This document shows positions 14,671-20,000 of a DNA stretch of 20,000 nt, piece after piece. Each line of letters begins with the position of its first letter. The stretch's first letter is position 1. The notes beneath the pieces were generated by a model. It ran no database searches, was not told the origin of the DNA, and saw only the letters and a list, made by a program, of their open reading frames with translations. Source of the stretch: an uncultured virus (IMG/VR IMGVR_UViG_3300048796_000130). Its lineage: Duplodnaviria > Heunggongvirae > Uroviricota > Caudoviricetes. A program made the translations under genes and the position numbers. The stretch lies in IMG/VR virus record IMGVR_UViG_3300048796_000130. One strand, given 5' to 3'.

Positions 14671-15056
14671 CACGCCGCCTTTGTTCTCGGCCAAGGTTTA
14701 ACCACGTATCCCGGATCAACCATCCCCCCATAAATCAGTTCACCGTCATAGAGATGACGATTCCCCAAAGCTCTACGTCCCGCTTGAGTTAACCGAATTG
14801 ATCTGGCGCAACGCTTTTCAGACCATCGCCCCTTAATCCACCAGTCTTTGTGTGAATCGATCCAGTGGAATAACTCGTTGCAACCAATGAGCCCAAAGAC
14901 GTAGACGTTATCCTGCTTATGAACGCCGTACTTGTCCCAAGGACACATCCACACAACTCCCTCACGGGCGATTCTCTCCATAAACTCCCATTGAGAGTCA
15001 CGCTCCCTTCGGGCGATCATGCGGGAATTTCTATCAGTCAATCGTTTCGGCTTCAT
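14670..15056 (-). CDS. Hypothetical Trp-rich basic protein, 128 aa
   Basis: Same-strand ORF coupled to the downstream gene. Confidence 0.65.
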   Translation of the reverse strand: MKPKRLTDRNSRMIARRERDSQWEFMERIAREGVVWMCPWDKYGVHKQDNVYVFGLIGCNELFHWIDSHKDWWIKGRWSEKRCARSIRLTQAGRRALGNRHLYDGELIYGGMVDPGYVVKPWPRTKAA

Positions 15057-15109
15057 TCAAACAACTTTCTTCTTTCCAGAAACTTTCAATCCCGCGCAGA
15101 GGAACATCT

Positions 15110-15310
15110 TTACCGCCCCCTTCCCTGCGCGGGATGGCCCGCCCCCGGTACAATGGGATTGAGGGGGGAGGCGAGCAAACTTTTTCGGGCGTCGATTTCA
15201 TTTTGCCAGCGATGAAACATGACGGCGTTCGAGATCGCCAGCGCAAGTAGGCCGATACAAATCAGGGCGCTCAGGTTCCGCCACTTGATGCAGTCCGGAC
15301 AATTTCTCAT
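15110..15310 (-). CDS. Small single-pass membrane protein (MRNCPDCIKW...)
   Basis: ATGA overlap, GGAG RBS and hydrophobic segment LSALICIGLLALAISNAVMF. Confidence 0.65.
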   Translation of the reverse strand: MRNCPDCIKWRNLSALICIGLLALAISNAVMFHRWQNEIDARKSLLASPLNPIVPGAGHPAQGRGR

Positions 15311-15513
15311 GTGGACTCTCCAAAAAGATTCGCCTGCTTTACCCGGCGAAGTTCCAACTCGCGATTCGCTTCCAACTTGGCAACGCATTCCTGGCATACG
15401 CCTTTTCGTCCGCCGCCCTCTTTGCCATGGTCAATCGAATGCTGAGTGAACTTCTGGCACTTGGGACACCAGAGTGAGGCGGAGACGGTGTTGCGAGTGA
15501 AGTGTTCAGTCAT
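15307..15513 (-). CDS. Zn-ribbon protein (MTEHFTRNTVS...CPKC...CQEC)
   Basis: ATGA overlaps at both ends. Confidence 0.75.
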   Translation of the reverse strand: MTEHFTRNTVSASLWCPKCQKFTQHSIDHGKEGGGRKGVCQECVAKLEANRELELRRVKQANLFGEST

Positions 15514-15806
15514 GAAAACAGTCTCCCTGTGTCGCGATTTACAGGAGCCTCGGCTGCTATGCACGGGCAGATGCATCCATCTCGGTCACACTCCGAACAG
15601 TTACCAAGCAGACAGTTGACGCAGATGCGCGGACCAAGGAATAACGTTTGCCTCTTCGGAGGACGGGCACGGCGCGATCTTTTGAGGCAATCGCAGCGCG
15701 TCACTCGGCGATTGCCGTGCGCGTCAATAACCGCTGAGCGCCATCCCGTACCGCCGCATTTCGGGCAGGTCTCGGAGACAGTGTTGCGAGTGAAGTGCTC
15801 GGTCAT
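15510..15806 (-). CDS. Cys-rich protein (MTEHFTRNTVS-ETCPKCGGTGW...RCDC...CVNC...CICPC)
   Basis: ATGA overlaps and multiple CxxC motifs. Confidence 0.75.
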   Translation of the reverse strand: MTEHFTRNTVSETCPKCGGTGWRSAVIDAHGNRRVTRCDCLKRSRRARPPKRQTLFLGPRICVNCLLGNCSECDRDGCICPCIAAEAPVNRDTGRLFS

Positions 15807-16114
15807 CGCGAAACCTTCTTTGGATTCAGCGCGAGGCAGTGCTTCTTAAAGCTCGCATAGTCTCTCACCATCGAGCGCAGATGCTCTTCGATTTGTGGCG
15901 GAATCCAGTGATCTGCATAAGACAGAAACTCGCAGACCTTACGAATAAACCGCGTCAACCGCAGCGATTCGCCCTCCAAGTTACATACCCCGCGACACTC
16001 GATACAGTGCGCCTCGCCGTCAAAATGATCGTGAATTTCATAACTCACTGCGCTCTCCTCCATTCCTTCCGGGACGGGCTTGTTGCCCGGTTGAAACTCT
16101 CGCTGGAATCTCAA
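15803..16114 (-). CDS. Hypothetical protein, about 103 aa
   Basis: Coupled to the downstream gene. The TTG start is uncertain. Confidence 0.6.
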   Translation of the reverse strand: MRFQREFQPGNKPVPEGMEESAVSYEIHDHFDGEAHCIECRGVCNLEGESLRLTRFIRKVCEFLSYADHWIPPQIEEHLRSMVRDYASFKKHCLALNPKKVSR

Positions 16115-16156
16115 CTTTCCCGTACCGCTGGGCTAACTGCCCGTCCCGAACTTGAA

Positions 16157-16255
16157 TTACTGATCCCGTTTTTTATGAATCACCTTCGCCGCAATCCAAC
16201 ACGCCGGAATCAGCAACCAGCAAGCGATCACACCCAGCCACTCATACCAATACAT
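16157..16255 (-). CDS. 32-aa membrane micro-protein MYWYEWLGVIACWLLIPACWIAAKVIHKKRDQ
   Basis: GGAGGGGGAG RBS, one hydrophobic helix and a basic tail. Translated by hand (below the ORF-track cutoff). Confidence 0.6.
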   Translation of the reverse strand: MYWYEWLGVIACWLLIPACWIAAKVIHKKRDQ

Positions 16256-16304
16256 TCACTCCCCCTCCGAATTCGTCCTATCGACAGTGGGCGGCTATTC
16301 GTGG

Positions 16305-16682
16305 CTAGCTGCCCGTTCCCGAACTTGGGTTAGAAAATTGCCAGTGTATGATGTGACCTTTGAACGGACGGCGACCGTCCCAGAATTCACACATCTCCAA
16401 GAAATCCCGGAATCCATCTCGCCGCGCCAGTGCCTCGCATTCGTCTTCCGAGAGAATGTGCCCATCAATTGTGATCGTCTCGTCCACGTCGATTTCAATT
16501 TCTTCCACCTTCACACACGACACGCGCATGAGGAGCTTCGCGCCCTTGTGCCGCAATCCAGTGTAGAGATGCAACATATTCCCCGGCTTATCAGGCACGG
16601 CACGAATGCGGCGAATCGTGTGCTGCTTCTCCCCGGATAGAATCTTCGCCGTAAACTGTTCGCGAAAGTTGTAAAGTCCCAT
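16305..16682 (-). CDS. ASCH (PUA-like) domain protein (start could be 16760)
   Basis: FREQFTAKILSGEKQHTIR (GxKxxTxR), LHLYTGLR and LARRDGF motifs. Confidence 0.88.
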   Translation of the reverse strand: MGLYNFREQFTAKILSGEKQHTIRRIRAVPDKPGNMLHLYTGLRHKGAKLLMRVSCVKVEEIEIDVDETITIDGHILSEDECEALARRDGFRDFLEMCEFWDGRRPFKGHIIHWQFSNPSSGTGS

Positions 16683-16752
16683 AAGTAAAATTCCCGGCCC
16701 AAGTCCCGTCATCCCTAAAGTCTTCCCCAGAGCCAGAGCGAATAAAAAAGGG

Positions 16753-16983
16753 TCAGTCATAGTTTTTCCCCAGCACCGCCACTCTTTCATCCCCACATCG
16801 GACACAAGTTCTCAGCAGTCCGTTGGCGAAGATGAATTCGAAGACGAAGCGCACATCCTCCCGTTTACACTCCCGACAGAACTGATTGTCCAATGCAAAG
16901 GGGAATTCGAGGACGGCGACTCCAACTCTTTCTCCCAGGAAGGAGCCGTCCCCGCTGCCGGAAATGTTCGTCGGCAAGATCAT
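16753..16983 (-). CDS. Small Zn-ribbon protein (CREC...CVRCG)
   Basis: ATGA overlap with the ATPase gene. Confidence 0.6.
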   Translation of the reverse strand: MILPTNISGSGDGSFLGERVGVAVLEFPFALDNQFCRECKREDVRFVFEFIFANGLLRTCVRCGDERVAVLGKNYD

Positions 16984-18536
16984 GCAACTGCCTCAACTTC
17001 TTTGACGTTCACCTTCATGCCGGGAACGGATTGGTAAGTTCCGGTTCCCACCACGCGCAAAAATCCATACTCGGCGAGTTTCGCCAGATCGAGATTTTTA
17101 GGAGAGGGCCGTCCCCCCGACGCCGCCCAGCCGCGCACAATGAACTCTTTGTTGACGTGCTCGATCTTCTTGGGCGAGTCGAAAAATCCTTCGGAGACCA
17201 ACAGTGCAATGCGTCCAAATTGGTCCTCGTCGCTGGCTTCGATCACGTAGACGCGCTTCGTCACGTCGATCACGGGGCGCTTCACTTCGAGCGACATGGC
17301 GACTTCGCCGTCGATATTGGCGGGCGAAGGCTTGACAGGGCTGCGCGGGGTTGGCAGGGAATTGCCGTGGTTGCTTGAATCCAGCTCCAGTTGCGCGATT
17401 CGCTCCTCCAGCCTGCGGATTGTTTGGGTTGCTTCCTCCCACGCTGCTTTGTAGTCCAAGTGCTCCTCCTCGTGCCGGATATTGTCCGGCTGATACTTTT
17501 CGACTGCTGCACGTATCGAAATGGCATGGTCATCATTCGCGCTGCCCATGAGCTTCGCGATGTACTCTCCTACGCTTGCCGGCATCCATGCGGGGAGCAC
17601 ATAGACGTGCTTCATCACATCCCCGAACGAAACGTAAAACTGGCCACGCCGCAACTGCATCACATCTTCCGGTTTTGGCTTCGCCTTTTTCGGCAACGCC
17701 ATTTGCGCGAGGGTGTGCTCGACTTCGTTGATCTCACGCTGCACACCGAGAATCCAGACTCCGACCTGTTTCAGCAGCGGCTTATCCACTCCCGCGATGT
17801 CCTGCGAGTCGAGCCACATCAAATTGCCCGCCCCTAGCCCTTTTCGGACCAGCGAGACGGCGGCGACCTTGACGGGAGTGTTCTTGCCCTGGGGGATAAA
17901 CTCCCACGCTTCTGGAATCACGCTGATCACGCCGCGCATCTTGTATACGCGCTCAAAGCTGGAGGCGATGCAAAGCGACTGCATCTCCAACGAATATTCC
18001 GTCAGGTCCATCACGTTCAGGCCGGGAGCGAGATCAAGCTCCGCGCTCTCCCGCGACATGCGGACCTTCAGCCGTTTCAGTTCCGGCAGGATGAGTTTGA
18101 AATACTCCGAGAGTTGCAAATACATTCCTGCGGCGTACCCACTCGCGGCCTTCGCGTGCTTGCCGTCCCCGTGCAGCGCCCGCTCGGTATTCGCCGCAAC
18201 TTCTTCAAGGGAACCCGCACCCTTACAGACGCGGATGATCCACTGGCGCTCGTACTTCATCCGCTCCTGCATCATGGCTTCGAGGATCGACTCCACGAAT
18301 TGCCAGTCGGCGCGGTCACGGAAAAACGGCGGAATGCGGCGCGCTCCAGTGAATGCGCTCTCCGCCTGCTTCGTGGCAAAGGCAAGAGCCATGCGGCCCT
18401 CGGCGCGAGAAATCATCCCTTCGAGCGTTGTAGTTTTCCCGCTGGCCTGAGTCTGCCCGCAGACAACCGTGTGCGCATAGGGAACCCGCACTGGTTCGCC
18501 CGTGCCGATTTCGTAGCCCAGCAGAATTTCTTTCAT
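16980..18536 (-). CDS. HerA/FtsK/VirB4-superfamily P-loop ATPase
   Basis: HTVVCGQTQASGKTT Walker A, VIPEAWEFIPQ Walker B-like motif, LVRKGLGAGNLMWLDSQ arginine-finger/SQ region, and VMQLRRGQFYV. Confidence 0.85.
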   Translation of the reverse strand: MKEILLGYEIGTGEPVRVPYAHTVVCGQTQASGKTTTLEGMISRAEGRMALAFATKQAESAFTGARRIPPFFRDRADWQFVESILEAMMQERMKYERQWIIRVCKGAGSLEEVAANTERALHGDGKHAKAASGYAAGMYLQLSEYFKLILPELKRLKVRMSRESAELDLAPGLNVMDLTEYSLEMQSLCIASSFERVYKMRGVISVIPEAWEFIPQGKNTPVKVAAVSLVRKGLGAGNLMWLDSQDIAGVDKPLLKQVGVWILGVQREINEVEHTLAQMALPKKAKPKPEDVMQLRRGQFYVSFGDVMKHVYVLPAWMPASVGEYIAKLMGSANDDHAISIRAAVEKYQPDNIRHEEEHLDYKAAWEEATQTIRRLEERIAQLELDSSNHGNSLPTPRSPVKPSPANIDGEVAMSLEVKRPVIDVTKRVYVIEASDEDQFGRIALLVSEGFFDSPKKIEHVNKEFIVRGWAASGGRPSPKNLDLAKLAEYGFLRVVGTGTYQSVPGMKVNVKEVEAVA

Positions 18537-18736
18537 TGCACCCTGCCCTCCGCCTTGGTCTCGTCATGCCCCGGCAAAGTTTCAAACAACCATCCCGATT
18601 GCTTGGGGGCTCTCGCCGGGAGGGATTGAAATTCGTCGATCACCTCTTCGATCAGGCGGCACTCCAGGGCGTGCATCTGGCGTTTGTGCTCGGCCATGCG
18701 CTTCTCGACAAATTCCAGACTCCACTTAGTCTCCAT
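18533..18736 (-). CDS. Hypothetical protein, 67 aa
   Basis: GAGGAG RBS and ATGA overlap with the ATPase. Confidence 0.65.
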   Translation of the reverse strand: METKWSLEFVEKRMAEHKRQMHALECRLIEEVIDEFQSLPARAPKQSGWLFETLPGHDETKAEGRVQ

Positions 18737-18977
18737 GGGCTGCTCCTCTCCTCATTTCGCGGACGGGTTCACTGCTCTGCTTGCCCAGCGGGGTTACGGA
18801 CTGCGCGCGCGGTTTCTCCTTGGGGAAAAAATGGTTAAACTCGAATTGCACCGGCTGGCCGTCGAAACATTCTCCCTGGAGAACGGTTTCGTGAAAGAAA
18901 ACATCCTTCGTGCCGTCTTGCGGGACGATGAAGCCATAGTGTCCTTTCCGGTCGAAAAACTTCACCACTCCGATCAC
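18726..18977 (-). CDS. Cold-shock domain (CspA-like) protein
   Basis: GVVKFFDRKGHYGFI (RNP1) and DVFFH (RNP2). Confidence 0.9.
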   Translation of the reverse strand: MIGVVKFFDRKGHYGFIVPQDGTKDVFFHETVLQGECFDGQPVQFEFNHFFPKEKPRAQSVTPLGKQSSEPVREMRRGAAHGD

Positions 18978-19378
18978 GCGGAAGCCTCCGATAATCGGCT
19001 GAGAAGTTTGTGGTAAGAGGCTTTGCCACGCCAGCGCGAATCTTCAAACCAAAAACGGTCGATGGTGTTGGCGCGATAGACTTCGCGCTCTTCCCAGGCT
19101 GGCGCGCACGTCAGATACCGCCCCCGCGTCCATTCGCCGGCTGCTGCCATAATCAGGGCGGCGGATTGGTGGAGCGTGATGCCGCAAAAGTCGGCTTCCC
19201 CTTCAATTGCCAGCCGGATGGTTTGCAGGTTTGGCCAGGTGCGCACCATGCCCACTTGACGCGCTAGGTCGGCAGCCAGTTTGAGCGCGAGGGCGCGGGG
19301 AGAATCCACAGAAGGGGTGGAGGAGTTTTCCTCTGTTTTTTCGCTTGAATCGCGGCGCGAATTGTGGGATTCTGCCAA
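18974..19378 (-). CDS. Hypothetical protein, 134 aa
   Basis: GAGGAGGAG RBS before TTG and a GTGA overlap downstream. Confidence 0.7.
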   Translation of the reverse strand: MAESHNSRRDSSEKTEENSSTPSVDSPRALALKLAADLARQVGMVRTWPNLQTIRLAIEGEADFCGITLHQSAALIMAAAGEWTRGRYLTCAPAWEEREVYRANTIDRFWFEDSRWRGKASYHKLLSRLSEASA

Positions 19379-19419
19379 TTGACTCCTCCTCTCGCCAGTG
19401 GATCGAGTTGAAATTGTGG

Positions 19420-19453
19420 CGGCGCGGCCTGCAAATCCGCGCCGTTTGTTTTT
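19420..19453 (+). terminator. Stem-loop plus U-tract on the + strand (antisense to the surrounding genes)
   Basis: CGGCGCGG-cctgcaaat-CCGCGCCG followed by TTTGTTTTT. Confidence 0.6.
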
Positions 19454-19796
19454 ATGCGGCCTTCCTCTGCGGCGCAGCTCGCGCCGGAAACTCCAGCACC
19501 TTCGGGTGACACTCAGCGCAGCGGCGGCGCTTGGCGGTCAGGGATTCGACCGGGGGGTTGAAAAACTTATCGACGCGATGGCCGCATTCCAAAGTCTCAG
19601 TCACGTAGGCGCCGAGAAAATTGAGCGCGTCTTCGCGTTCAGGATGAAAGCAAACGGGGACCGGCTTGCGGCTGACGACGAGACGCAGGACGGCCAGAGC
19701 TGGGTGGGTCATAGATGCTTTCTTGGGGGAAGCGCCTTGGACAACCACAGCAAAAAGTGTGATGCAGAGGATGAGTGCTGGACTAGGCAGCCGCAT
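19452..19796 (-). CDS. Hypothetical protein with an LECGH...RRRCAEC Zn motif (alternative start at 19712)
   Basis: GGAGGG RBS before ATG 19796. Confidence 0.65.
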   Translation of the reverse strand: MRLPSPALILCITLFAVVVQGASPKKASMTHPALAVLRLVVSRKPVPVCFHPEREDALNFLGAYVTETLECGHRVDKFFNPPVESLTAKRRRCAECHPKVLEFPARAAPQRKAA

Positions 19797-19972
19797 CGAG
19801 CCCTCCGACGCGAACCGACTGAACTGCTTTAGGGAGAGCTACTTCGGGTGTGGACTCCTGCTCGGAATCATCCAATGTCCGATAACAGGTATTATGTCAA
19901 CTCGCCAAGAAGCGCGATACATATATCTCGGCCCTTATCCGCCCTCTTGCCAGCCGCGTTACAATAGCTAGG

Positions 19973-20000
19973 ATGAGCGTAGTCGAAGACATGCGGAAAG
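19973..20000 (+). CDS. Possible start of a divergent gene (MSVVEDMRK...), truncated by the window edge
   Basis: The ATG lies 8 nt after TACAAT (19960-19965). Only 9 codons are visible. Confidence 0.35.

Noticed and set aside
17391..18629. + strand ORFs (245 aa, 171 aa, 148 aa) opposite the HerA-like ATPase
   Set aside because: They are antisense shadows of a well-supported gene.

Overview
This GC-rich window looks like phage or prophage DNA, densely packed with small, translationally coupled genes. The host is possibly Acidobacteriota, but that is a weak inference from the style of the small proteins. There are three transcription blocks. (1) A leftward block (1-6246) encodes a signal-peptide-bearing Thr/Ala/Gly-rich 559-aa protein, a small serine recombinase with an unusual Cys/His insertion, an orphan OmpR/PhoB winged-helix protein and a basic 'KNPAAVSLGRRGG' protein. 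(2) A rightward early-type block (6360-12627) starts at a near-consensus sigma70 promoter whose spacer is a perfect 16-bp palindrome. It encodes an AAA_24/Sak4-like ATPase, then an array of small, partly paralogous genes separated by a conserved stop-hairpin-RBS repeat, and ends in an HNH-like gene. (3) A converging leftward block (12624-19796) encodes a C5 cytosine methyltransferase that contains a second, fully nested 421-aa gene in the +1 frame, plus ASCH, HerA-like ATPase, cold-shock and several Zn-ribbon proteins. The most notable items are the repeat-delimited gene-cassette array, the nested two-frame methyltransferase with six tandem PTP modules, and the palindrome switch that has no classical cI repressor next to it. 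All product calls rest on motif recognition only; no database searches were run.
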